Positions 50,679 to 58,715 of a DNA stretch of 64,000 nucleotides are shown here, in pieces (the first letter of the stretch is position 1; each line of letters begins with the position of its first letter). The position numbers were made by a program, and so were the translations under genes. The DNA is from a virus. The stretch is taken from positions 1 through 64,000 of the IMG/VR virus record IMGVR_UViG_3300045988_103986. The stretch is one strand, 5' to 3'. The notes under the pieces are model-generated. The model worked only from the letters and a program-made list of their open reading frames with translations. It was not told the DNA's origin and did not search any database.

Positions 50679-51224
50679 ATGTTAGATATCAAGATCCATC
50701 GCGGCGATATTTTCTGGATTCGTCAGGACTATAGTGCCGTTGGCTCCGAGCAAAAAAAGAATCGTCCGGCGATCATTGTCAGCAACGACAAAAATAATAC
50801 ATATTCCGAAACTGTAGAGATTGTTTATCTCACAACCGCTGAGAAAAAGCCCATGCCAACACACGTTGCTATCGAAACGATGGGCAAGCAGTCTACTGCA
50901 CTTTGCGAGGCCATCTACACAATCGATAAGGAACGCTTGGAGAACTACTACTGTACATTAACGACCGAGGAAATGAAACTCGTTGACCAGGCTGTTCTCG
51001 TCTCCTTGGGGCTTACGGCCCCCCCTATTTGTACCGTAGCCGCATCACAAGAGCCAGAACCCGAAAAGGTCTGTGTTCCGATCAACCCGCCATTTGGTTT
51101 GGAAGATGCACTCCGCGCAGTGCAGAAGGAACGCGATACACTGCTTGCGCAGAAGGAGATCTACGAGAAAATCTGTGCCGCCGCACTGCCGCGTTGGCCG
51201 AAGGAGGTTGAGTTGGGCGCATGA
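50679..51224 (+). CDS. PemK/MazF-family toxin domain with a ~70-aa C-terminal extension
   Basis: IHRGDIFWIRQDYSAVGSEQKKNRPAIIVSNDKNN...VEIVYLTTAEKKPMPTHVAI. Confidence 0.7.
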   Translation: MLDIKIHRGDIFWIRQDYSAVGSEQKKNRPAIIVSNDKNNTYSETVEIVYLTTAEKKPMPTHVAIETMGKQSTALCEAIYTIDKERLENYYCTLTTEEMKLVDQAVLVSLGLTAPPICTVAASQEPEPEKVCVPINPPFGLEDALRAVQKERDTLLAQKEIYEKICAAALPRWPKEVELGA

Positions 51225-52306
51225 TTTATCTTGACCACGCAGCTACTTCTCCTGCGCTTCAATGCGCGAAGGTCGCCTTCAACGCGGTTTCAGCAACAAT
51301 ATGGGGAAATCCGAACTCTCTGCATTCCTTCGGGCAGGACGCCAGAAAGATGCTGGAATCCTCCAGAGAGAGTGTGGCGCGGTGCTTGGGGTGTGAGCCG
51401 GAACAGGTGTTCTTCGTTTCCTCTGCAACAGAAGCTTGCAGGATTGCAATCACGAGAATGACGGAATCATGCAAAAAGGTCCATGTAACGAAAGTAGAAC
51501 ATGCAGCCGTAACCAGCATGACAGACCGCAAGGTATATAGTGACCGCCGGAACGATAATCGTGGTTTTGTGCATATCCACACTAACAACGAAACTGGCGA
51601 AATATACGATTTGAAAAGTGCTTTTTCAGGGTATGATTTGACGTTCTCCGACTGTACCGCAGCCATGGGGAAGCAAAAAATCAACTTCCGTGAAAGCGGC
51701 ATAAACTTCATATGTGGATCAGGGCATAAGATCGGCGCTCCGGTTGGAATTGGTGTTCTGATTGCAAAGAACCCAGCGGACATCACTGAACGTTTCCATT
51801 TTGGCACACCATCTGTTCCCCTTGCTGCCGCATTTGCATCGGCATTGGAGTTCCGCACCAAAGAGATAGATTTGTTTGCTGGCGTAACAGAATTCTTGCA
51901 TGACCGCCTGATTGATGGTATCATGAATGAAATACCAGACGCGCAGTTCAACGGTTGTCCGTGCTTCAGGCATCAGATGAAGCAATCTCCGTACATTGCA
52001 AACATCTCTTTCCCAGGCATCGAAAACCACGCGCTTGTCCTGCGGCTTGCCGCTGATGGCCTGATGGTTTCTTCCGGCGCGGCGTGTTCCAGCGGTGACA
52101 ATGAGCCATCTCGCGTGCTTCTTGCTTCCGGGTATTCTGAGGAACGTGCACGGTCAGCTATCCGTTTCAGTTTCGATTACAAGCTTGATTTCGATGCAAA
52201 CGATATGGGCAACAACTACGGGTTGAACCTTGAACGCGATGCAAGAATCATCGACGAGGCCGTGAAGATCGTGGCTCAGAACGTGCGGGAAATGAGGGGT
52301 ATATAA
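51221..52306 (+). CDS. class-V aminotransferase / cysteine desulfurase (NifS/IscS-like)
   Basis: MIYLDHAATSP...GNPNSLHSFG; PLP lysine in CGSGHKIGAPVGIGVL; active-site loop SSGAACSSG. Confidence 0.85.
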   Translation: MIYLDHAATSPALQCAKVAFNAVSATIWGNPNSLHSFGQDARKMLESSRESVARCLGCEPEQVFFVSSATEACRIAITRMTESCKKVHVTKVEHAAVTSMTDRKVYSDRRNDNRGFVHIHTNNETGEIYDLKSAFSGYDLTFSDCTAAMGKQKINFRESGINFICGSGHKIGAPVGIGVLIAKNPADITERFHFGTPSVPLAAAFASALEFRTKEIDLFAGVTEFLHDRLIDGIMNEIPDAQFNGCPCFRHQMKQSPYIANISFPGIENHALVLRLAADGLMVSSGAACSSGDNEPSRVLLASGYSEERARSAIRFSFDYKLDFDANDMGNNYGLNLERDARIIDEAVKIVAQNVREMRGI

Positions 52307-52307
52307 T

Positions 52308-52811
52308 ATGCCGCGCAAAAAGCTCAATTACACAGACAACTATTACAAGCCATTCCCCACTCGTCTTCGTAGGCTCATGCGTGGGGACGCAGGGAAAATC
52401 AACAGAACTGTATCGCAGCAAGAATTAGCGGATTATCTCGGCCTGAAGGCAAGACAGTCTGTATCTGCATACTGTGACGGTTCTGGACAGCCCAGTTGGG
52501 AGAATATCGCCAAAATCGCAGAATACTTCAGCGTATCTACGGACTGGCTGCTAGGTGTAACAAACATTGAAAGTGTTGAGCGAAACATTCAAGTTGCAGC
52601 TTCTACACTCGGCATTTCTGGGAAAGCTGCTGAGAATCTCGCAAGGATTTCAACTGAAACCGAAGATGATAACATATTTATTTCCCTCAAGAAATCAGCG
52701 GCACATGATGCACTAAATAGGATTCTGGAATCAGAAGATGTGCTTTGGGTTGCGGAAGCTACAGATCATTTGTTGGACATAGAAAAAGCACGTCCGCGAA
52801 ATATACTTTAA
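52308..52811 (+). CDS. XRE-family HTH regulator
   Basis: TVSQQELADYLGLKARQSVSAYCDGSGQPSWENIAKIAEYFSVSTDWLLG. Confidence 0.7.
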   Translation: MPRKKLNYTDNYYKPFPTRLRRLMRGDAGKINRTVSQQELADYLGLKARQSVSAYCDGSGQPSWENIAKIAEYFSVSTDWLLGVTNIESVERNIQVAASTLGISGKAAENLARISTETEDDNIFISLKKSAAHDALNRILESEDVLWVAEATDHLLDIEKARPRNIL

Positions 52812-52818
52812 TCCACGC

Positions 52819-52852
52819 GGGACAAATCTGATTTCCCGGTAGAATCATAACT
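52819..52852 (+). promoter_or_regulatory. cassette box pair P15
   Basis: GGGACAAAT ctgatttcccg GTAGAATCATAACTGTAAG. Confidence 0.5.
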
Positions 52853-52896
52853 GTAAGCCCTCACGGGCACATCAAAAAATATAGGAGGAAAAACAA

Positions 52897-53241
52897 ATGG
52901 CAATGGATATTCAGGATATGGTGGCTGCAATGCTGGCCAAGGATGAGGCTTTCCACGGAAACGAGCTGGTTCCCGCGAAAGTTGAGGTCTACAACAAACT
53001 CAAGGAACACGGAGCTGCGATTGCGAAGGCGCTGCGTACTCCGTGGCACGCGGACGATCTGGAGGTACGGGATCGGAACACGTTCGTCTACGTCGACTTC
53101 CCTCTCCCAGTCAACATCCTCAATGACAGCATCCGCAACCGCATTTCTGAAATGTACAAGCTGGCTGATATGGTAACGCTCGCAGATGTCAACTGTCGGC
53201 TGCGTATGACCTTCACGGTCGCAAACGTCTGGAAAGAGTGA
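52897..53241 (+). CDS. hypothetical protein, 114 aa
   Basis: TAGGAGGA RBS. Confidence 0.6.
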   Translation: MAMDIQDMVAAMLAKDEAFHGNELVPAKVEVYNKLKEHGAAIAKALRTPWHADDLEVRDRNTFVYVDFPLPVNILNDSIRNRISEMYKLADMVTLADVNCRLRMTFTVANVWKE

Positions 53242-53250
53242 GTGGATATT

Positions 53251-53445
53251 ATGACGAAACAGGAACGCCTTATCGTATCGGCTTATACTGGCGTGTTGAT
53301 GTGTGGCTTTTGGGAGTTTCACAACTATGTGGAACAGCTTTTGCAGCGTCCAGTTTTCACGCACGAGTTTGCAACGGAAGATGTGCAAAAAGAGATTAAG
53401 GAAAAGGCGCGGCCGGCATTTTTGATGTTATGCCAGGAGGATTAA
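53251..53445 (+). CDS. hypothetical protein, 64 aa
   Basis: ATG start MTKQERL (alternative GTG at 53242). Confidence 0.5.
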   Translation: MTKQERLIVSAYTGVLMCGFWEFHNYVEQLLQRPVFTHEFATEDVQKEIKEKARPAFLMLCQED

Positions 53446-53476
53446 GAGAGATTTAAATAGAGAATTGGAGGCAGCC

Positions 53477-54019
53477 ATGAAGAAACTTTCAGAGATCATC
53501 CCCGGAAAAACTTTTGAGTTCGCAGGTGAGAGATTCGTTGTTTTGCTTCAGGGTGATGGCGCTACGCTTGTACTGCTGGCGCAGAGCGCGGAAAAGCTTC
53601 CCTTCAATGACAGAGCGGACATAGAAAAACTCAGCGATTATACCTGCTCTGATTTGAAGGAGCACATTGACAAATGGGTAGAAAAACTGCCGCGTACTCC
53701 CGAGGAAGCTGCAGCCATTCTCCCGTTTGAAGTTGACCTGAGTTGCCTCGACCGCGGTATGACTTATGGAAATATCACGGTCAAAGCAGCGCCCCTTACG
53801 CTTTGGCAGCACCGACAATTCGAAGACATAATTCCCGAAAACAAGGATGACTGGTGGCTCGTCACGCCGGCGGTCAGCACGCGGGTTCCCATTACGAACC
53901 CCGATGTATTCTGCCTTGTGTGGCGTGTCTGGAAAAGCGGAGACAGGGGCATTGGAGTTGCGTATATGCCGCAGGGCGTCCGCCCCGCCTTGCTGCTCAA
54001 ATCTGATATCAACGTATAG
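53477..54019 (+). CDS. DUF6273-like domain protein, 180 aa
   Basis: C-terminus DWWLVTPAVS...GVRPALLLKSD resembles the domain repeated in tail proteins 58716-60518 and 60535-62808. Confidence 0.55.
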   Translation: MKKLSEIIPGKTFEFAGERFVVLLQGDGATLVLLAQSAEKLPFNDRADIEKLSDYTCSDLKEHIDKWVEKLPRTPEEAAAILPFEVDLSCLDRGMTYGNITVKAAPLTLWQHRQFEDIIPENKDDWWLVTPAVSTRVPITNPDVFCLVWRVWKSGDRGIGVAYMPQGVRPALLLKSDINV

Positions 54020-54030
54020 GGAGTGAATGT

Positions 54031-54228
54031 ATGGGAGGTAAACTCCACACGAACGTTGTCAAGAACCGCTACACATTCCTTGTTGTGTACGATGACAAAG
54101 ATAATGAAGAACTCACGGTCGAGGCCGAAAGTGTAGGTGCAGCAGCGTTAATGTTGCCGCATCATCGGAGAGGCGCAGTGCTTTTGAACAGCACGCCATT
54201 GGAAGTAGAGGGCAATAAACATGGATGA
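54031..54228 (+). CDS. hypothetical protein, 65 aa
   Basis: AGGGAG RBS. Confidence 0.5.
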   Translation: MGGKLHTNVVKNRYTFLVVYDDKDNEELTVEAESVGAAALMLPHHRRGAVLLNSTPLEVEGNKHG

Positions 54229-54511
54229 AAATCAGGAAATGAAGCGGTTCGCCGACCGGCTCTGGGACTACTTCAAACCGAAAATTGAAGAACTGACAAG
54301 ATCGAACATTTGGTATTTCCGGGCGCAGGTCACACGAGTGGCTGCAAACGGCAAGATCACCATTCAGCGAGCATTCGATAAAGAAATCGCTCTCCCCTAC
54401 GTCTCCAGCATGGAGAATGCAGCTGTCGGCACGCAGGTCACTGTCTTCGTTCTCGGAAGCAGCATGACAAACGCTGTTATCGTCGGGGACGGGACGTTGA
54501 GCAATCTTTAA
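54221..54511 (+). CDS. hypothetical protein, 96 aa
   Basis: Coupled ORF; last + strand gene before the convergent terminator. Confidence 0.55.
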   Translation: MDENQEMKRFADRLWDYFKPKIEELTRSNIWYFRAQVTRVAANGKITIQRAFDKEIALPYVSSMENAAVGTQVTVFVLGSSMTNAVIVGDGTLSNL

Positions 54512-54551
54512 AGATTGGAGCGTGAAGACGATTTCTGCAGTTGTGGCGAAG

Positions 54552-54585
54552 AAAAAACCGGGAGGAATTAACCTCCCGGTTTTTT
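54552..54585. terminator. bidirectional rho-independent terminator between convergent blocks
   Basis: AAAAAA CCGGGAGG aattaa CCTCCCGG TTTTTT. Confidence 0.8.
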
Positions 54586-56102
54586 CATACCTTTTTCACG
54601 TATGCTTTGTAGACATAGCCTTCCTTGCCGGACACGGTTCTGACGTAGTACCAGCTCTTCGTCTGATATCCGTACCATGTGACCGTTTCTCCGTATTTCA
54701 GGACAAATCGGACTTCACTGCTGGTAGATGCGGATGCACGAAGATTCAATTCACTGGCCGTGACCTTCATCTTTACGCCGTTCGCTGCGGATTTATCCGT
54801 CTCAATCCAGTTTTCCGACTTCACGGGCTTCGGCTGAACGGCATGATTGCCATATTGCCGTTTGCTAAGATAGTTGCCCTTACCGCTTTTTAGCCAGATC
54901 GCGACAAATCCACGAAGCTTGTTGGGGCGTGCCCACGCAGCAGTTGGTGTGACGTAGCTGCTGGAAGCTCCGCCGTCAAGGTTGATTGCGAATTCGTACT
55001 TCTCAGCGACGAACTTGTTTGCAACAACGTCCATCGGGACCTGTTTCTCTGTGACGATGATGCCGAGCACCTTACCCTTCAGCCCCATGGCCGTCCGGTA
55101 CTTGTTGCCTTCAAGGCCCTTGGGAACCGTGAATCCCTTCACACCGTTCTGGACTATAGCGGGGTAGCCCCCGACTGCATCGGGCGACGTGACGGCTCCA
55201 CGGGCCTCCTGAATGGGCATCTTATAGTCCTTGAAGCCGATGAACGGCTGCCACCCTTGATATTCCATTGTTCCCTTGTGCTTTACGCCGGATGCCGGCG
55301 TGTACTTGCCGTAGTTGAAGAGTTCCGCATTGATGACGATATCGGGGAATCTGTCATTCCATGTAGCGCGAATTGCAACACTGCCGGTTGTTTCCCCTCT
55401 CGCGTCTGCCATTTTGATATGCTCAATTCGGTCAATACGGGAAAACGGGATCTCGGCGAAGATGCCACCTTGGAACTCAGAATACTTCACTGTCGTTGGG
55501 GTTGAAGAAGTTGACGTAGTGGGCTTAGAATCTTCGCTGCCAAGCACGTCCCACTTGGGACGGCCAATTCCACCGATGGAGGCAGAATTTCTGTAGTACC
55601 ACTTTTTAAAAACGCCGCCGCCATTCGCAATCACAGTGTTGCTGCCGGAACTGGTGTTCCCCTCAATGGTATAGATCCGCGCATTATCGACCTTATACAC
55701 GATGCCAGTGTGCGTCATGCTTCCAGGCTTGCCAAAGAAGATCTGGTCGCCTTCCTGCACTTCTGCGACAGGAACGGCCTTCCCTGCGGCTTTGTAGTAG
55801 TTATACGATTCCGTACAGCCAGCACCATAGCCGCCCTTCGGTTGACAGGTTGCTTTCATGCCGAGTGCAAGACCGAATGCCTTGATAAAGCACCAGTCCA
55901 CAAACATATCACACCAAGGGAGTCCCTGCTTGGGGGCATGGTAGGTCCCCCATTTGGCATGGTCACGAGCGTACTTCGTGTAGTTGTTTCTGCCGGCATT
56001 CGCAGTCTTGCTGTCGAGCTCTGCGTTCGTCGCTTTTTCCAGATAACCCTCTTCAGTTGCCGCAATGTCGAGCAGCTTTTTCTTTGCTTCCTGAATGGTC
56101 AT
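54585..56102 (-). CDS. three-domain endolysin: CHAP/NlpC-P60-like peptidase + phosphodiester-glycosidase (NAGPA-like) + SH3b
   Basis: PWCDMFVDWCF and GDQIFFGKPGSMTHTGIVYKV...YTIEGNTS; AINLDGGASSSYV; C-terminal LNLRASASTSSEV...GYVYKAYV. Start at MTIQEAKK behind AAGGAGG. Confidence 0.8.
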   Translation of the reverse strand: MTIQEAKKKLLDIAATEEGYLEKATNAELDSKTANAGRNNYTKYARDHAKWGTYHAPKQGLPWCDMFVDWCFIKAFGLALGMKATCQPKGGYGAGCTESYNYYKAAGKAVPVAEVQEGDQIFFGKPGSMTHTGIVYKVDNARIYTIEGNTSSGSNTVIANGGGVFKKWYYRNSASIGGIGRPKWDVLGSEDSKPTTSTSSTPTTVKYSEFQGGIFAEIPFSRIDRIEHIKMADARGETTGSVAIRATWNDRFPDIVINAELFNYGKYTPASGVKHKGTMEYQGWQPFIGFKDYKMPIQEARGAVTSPDAVGGYPAIVQNGVKGFTVPKGLEGNKYRTAMGLKGKVLGIIVTEKQVPMDVVANKFVAEKYEFAINLDGGASSSYVTPTAAWARPNKLRGFVAIWLKSGKGNYLSKRQYGNHAVQPKPVKSENWIETDKSAANGVKMKVTASELNLRASASTSSEVRFVLKYGETVTWYGYQTKSWYYVRTVSGKEGYVYKAYVKKV

Positions 56103-56133
56103 TTGATATTCCTCCTTTTGCGAGGCCAAAGCC

Positions 56134-56355
56134 CTATTCCTGACTACCGTTCGGTGTGCTGTTCTTATCTTCGCTCTTGGCGCTCTGATAGCCGAAGTAG
56201 AACGTCAGAACCATCACTATGATGGAATAAAAGTCCTTCGGTTCTACCTTGTCACGAAGTGCCATTGCAACAAACGCACCCGTGAGTACAATCGTTACGA
56301 GTGACTTGACCTTAAAAAGGTTCTCGATGATGACTTGCCACCAGCTGTTTTTCAT
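56134..56355 (-). CDS. holin candidate, 73 aa
   Basis: Two TM segments; immediately upstream of the endolysin; polar C-terminal tail. Confidence 0.6.
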   Translation of the reverse strand: MKNSWWQVIIENLFKVKSLVTIVLTGAFVAMALRDKVEPKDFYSIIVMVLTFYFGYQSAKSEDKNSTPNGSQE

Positions 56356-56369
56356 AATAGTTTCCCTTC

Positions 56370-56660
56370 TCAGTCTTTAAGGACTGCTTCAATGATTCGT
56401 GCGGTTGCATCCAAGCCATGCTTTTCCGCCAGTTCCCGTACAAATATGAGTGCGTACTTGCTTCTATTTTCGTTCTTTGCTTTCCAGAAATAAAATCCGG
56501 TAGCTGCAGAAACCTCTACGATCCACCCGCAGAGTACCGTTGCAGCAGCTGCTTTATCGTCAGCAGCCAGGAAAATGACGATAAACACAACAAGCATCAG
56601 ATACGAGAAAATGAGAATGCGTTTGCTCCATTCCATTCCTTTTAAGACACCACTTCCCAT
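56370..56660 (-). CDS. membrane protein, 96 aa (second holin/antiholin candidate)
   Basis: Two TM segments ILIFSYLMLVVFIVIFL and VLCGWIVEVSAATGFYF. Confidence 0.5.
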   Translation of the reverse strand: MGSGVLKGMEWSKRILIFSYLMLVVFIVIFLAADDKAAAATVLCGWIVEVSAATGFYFWKAKNENRSKYALIFVRELAEKHGLDATARIIEAVLKD

Positions 56661-56947
56661 TCGTCCACTTCCTTCTTGATTTTTTCGATGAAAGAATTGC
56701 CCTTGAGTGCCTTGTATGCCTTGTACGAATATTCGAAATTTTCGGCTTCGTACTGGCGGATCTTTTGTGTGTCCTTATTCTTGTAATAGGTGTGCAGCAT
56801 GTCAGAACGAAGTTGACACTTCATTCCGGCCTTGATCGCGCTATCCCCCATGACCCACTCACGGATTGGCTTAACCAGAACCACCAGTACAGCGCCAATC
56901 GTAGTAATCCCACCAAAGATGGTCACGATATCTTTGAAAGTTTCCAT
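56642..56947 (-). CDS. N-terminally anchored membrane protein, 101 aa
   Basis: TM segment IVTIFGGITTIGAVLVVLV. Confidence 0.5.
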   Translation of the reverse strand: METFKDIVTIFGGITTIGAVLVVLVKPIREWVMGDSAIKAGMKCQLRSDMLHTYYKNKDTQKIRQYEAENFEYSYKAYKALKGNSFIEKIKKEVDEWEVVS

Positions 56948-56974
56948 TGCTTTTCTCCAATCATTCGATATTGA

Positions 56975-57016
56975 CGAAGCAAAAGAGAGCCGCGAACGCA
57001 GCCATCTTTTGCTTCG
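56975..57016 (-). other. 12-bp-stem hairpin in a late-operon intergenic region
   Basis: CGAAGCAAAAGA ...18 nt... TCTTTTGCTTCG; no U-tract. Confidence 0.5.
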
Positions 57017-57074
57017 CTCGCGGCCCTCTTCGGCCCTTCTGCGCCGCCCTTTCAGCGCAGGACACTATGGTTTT

Positions 57075-57209
57075 TTATTTCACAGCGGGAGGTGGAATCC
57101 ACTTGCCGCAGAAGAAATGAATACAGGCACTGATTCCGTATGCTGTGTCGGTGAATGATCTGCACAGTTTTGCTCCATGGTTGTTGAGCACGGGACCAAT
57201 CTCACTCAT
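57075..57209 (-). CDS. hypothetical small protein, 44 aa (below ORF-track cutoff)
   Basis: My own translation: MSEIGPVLNNHGAKLCRSFTDTAYGISACIHFFCGKWIPPPAVK; overlaps the upstream stop. Confidence 0.35.
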   Translation of the reverse strand: MSEIGPVLNNHGAKLCRSFTDTAYGISACIHFFCGKWIPPPAVK

Positions 57210-57373
57210 CGTTTGCGCCCTTTCTGGCTTTTCGCCGTGTCACACGTTCAATCTGCCTGCTTGTCTTCTTGAACTGGGTTCCTTTGCAGACCCAGTACAA
57301 ATTCGTTTCCTCAATTACGTCGAAGGTCTCTCCGGATTTGAGTTTGAGAATGTATTGCGCAGTTTTCCTTTCA
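57202..57373 (-). pseudogene. 3' part of a ~57-codon ORF split by IS copy C (its 5' end ATGGCTGAAAGGA lies at 58687-58699)
   Basis: Joining 58699-58687 to 57365 downward restores MAERKTAQYILKLKSGETFDVIEETNLYWVCKGTQFKK... behind RBS GGAAGGGGG. Confidence 0.55.
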
Positions 57374-57510
57374 TTGACACTCCCCACGGCTAAAGCCGGG
57401 GGATTCTCGTTTCTACGACCGCTGCCTGCACCTGCGAGGTCTACGCAATCTCCACGAGCGTTAATTCGGGCGTGTCCCGCCCTATTGTTGATTTCCATAA
57501 TGATTCCTTT
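57374..57510 (-). ncRNA. omega-RNA scaffold / right end of IS copy C
   Basis: Shares TAGGGCGGGACACGCCCGAA and GAGAATCCCCCGGCTTTAGCCGTGGGGAGTGTCAA with copies A and B. Confidence 0.55.
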
Positions 57511-58614
57511 CTACGCCATTAGGCGCATTCCTTCGTGCAAAATGTTCTTCGCGGCGTTGATGTCCCGATCATGACGCGTCCCACATTTGGGGCACGTCCA
57601 CTCCCGCACCGCCAGATTCTTTGTGCCGATGTTCCGATATCCGCAACAGGAGCATAGCTGGCTGGAAGGGAAGAAACGGTCTATCTGTATGACCTTTTTC
57701 CCATACCACGCGGCTTTGTATTCTAACTGCCGTCGGAACTCGCCCCATGATGCGTCGCTGATGGACTTCGCAAGGCGATGGTTCTTGACCATGTTCTGCG
57801 GTGCTAAGTCTTCGATGCAGACTACATCGTTCTCCCGGATGAGTTGCGTTGACAGTTTGTGCATCATGTCGCTGCGCTGGTTTGTGATATGCTCATGCAG
57901 CCGTGCCACCTGAAGCCTCGCTTTCTCGTGCCGGTTGCTCCCCTTTGGTTTTCGGGAGAGCAGCCGTTGTAGTCTGGCAAGTTTCTTCTGGCTCTTGGCT
58001 AAATAACGCGGGTTTGGATATTCCGTTCCATCTGACGTAATTGCGAATGCTTTCAGCCCCATATCAACGCCGATAACACAGCCTGTCTTTGGAAGCGGCT
58101 CAATCTCCACATCAGTGCAGCAGAGCGATACGAAGTATTTCCCGCTGGGATTCTGAGATATCGTGGCCGATAAAATGCGCCCTTTGACTTCCTTTGAAAC
58201 CCGACACTTGACATGTCCCAACTTTGGAAGCTGGACTGCATTTTCAAAAATCTTGATGTTGCAATTCGTCGTGTAACTCTGTCTATGGTCGCGCTTGCTT
58301 TTGAACTTTGGAAAACCGGGCTTCTCACCGTTCTTTACTCGGCGAAAAAAGTTCTTATATGCAGCGTCCAAGTATTTCAGCGCATTTTTTAAAGCGCACT
58401 TATCTGGTTCTTGTAGCCATTCGAGTTCCTTTTTTAGTGCAGTGAGTTCCTTGTCCTGCTGAAAACGTGTAGGAGATTTCCCAGTTTCTCTATACTGCGC
58501 GATACGCTCAGCGAGAAAGTAGTTATACACAAACCGGACACATCCGAAAGTGTGCTGTATTAAGTTTCTCTGAGCCGAATTTGGGTACAGCCTAAATTGA
58601 TAGGAATATTCCAT
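57511..58614 (-). CDS. tnpB: RNA-guided endonuclease TnpB (diverged paralog of 48234-49346)
   Basis: [11 protein letters not shown]; [23 protein letters not shown]; by eye very similar at the protein level to copy B. Confidence 0.9.
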   Translation of the reverse strand: MEYSYQFRLYPNSAQRNLIQHTFGCVRFVYNYFLAERIAQYRETGKSPTRFQQDKELTALKKELEWLQEPDKCALKNALKYLDAAYKNFFRRVKNGEKPGFPKFKSKRDHRQSYTTNCNIKIFENAVQLPKLGHVKCRVSKEVKGRILSATISQNPSGKYFVSLCCTDVEIEPLPKTGCVIGVDMGLKAFAITSDGTEYPNPRYLAKSQKKLARLQRLLSRKPKGSNRHEKARLQVARLHEHITNQRSDMMHKLSTQLIRENDVVCIEDLAPQNMVKNHRLAKSISDASWGEFRRQLEYKAAWYGKKVIQIDRFFPSSQLCSCCGYRNIGTKNLAVREWTCPKCGTRHDRDINAAKNILHEGMRLMA

Positions 58615-58715
58615 ACTTTCACTGCTCCTCGCATTCAGTGGACTTGCAGCCCTTTACCCCATGTCTAAAGGCAGGGGCTTGCGGGCTCCTTTCAGCCATT
58701 TCAGCACCCCCTTCC

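Larger units (their letters stand above)
57374..58686 (-). mobile_element. IS200/IS605-family tnpB-only element, copy C
   Basis: RE ends GGGGAGTGTCAA (reverse complement at 57374-57385). LE is homologous to copy B from AGCCCRCAAGCCCCTGCCTTTAG. Flanked by TGAAAGGA on both sides. Confidence 0.75.

Noticed and set aside
57202-57498. 98-aa ORF as an intact gene
   Set aside because: Its N-terminal 41 codons are read from the conserved IS right end/omega-RNA scaffold. I interpret it as a chimera created by the IS insertion.
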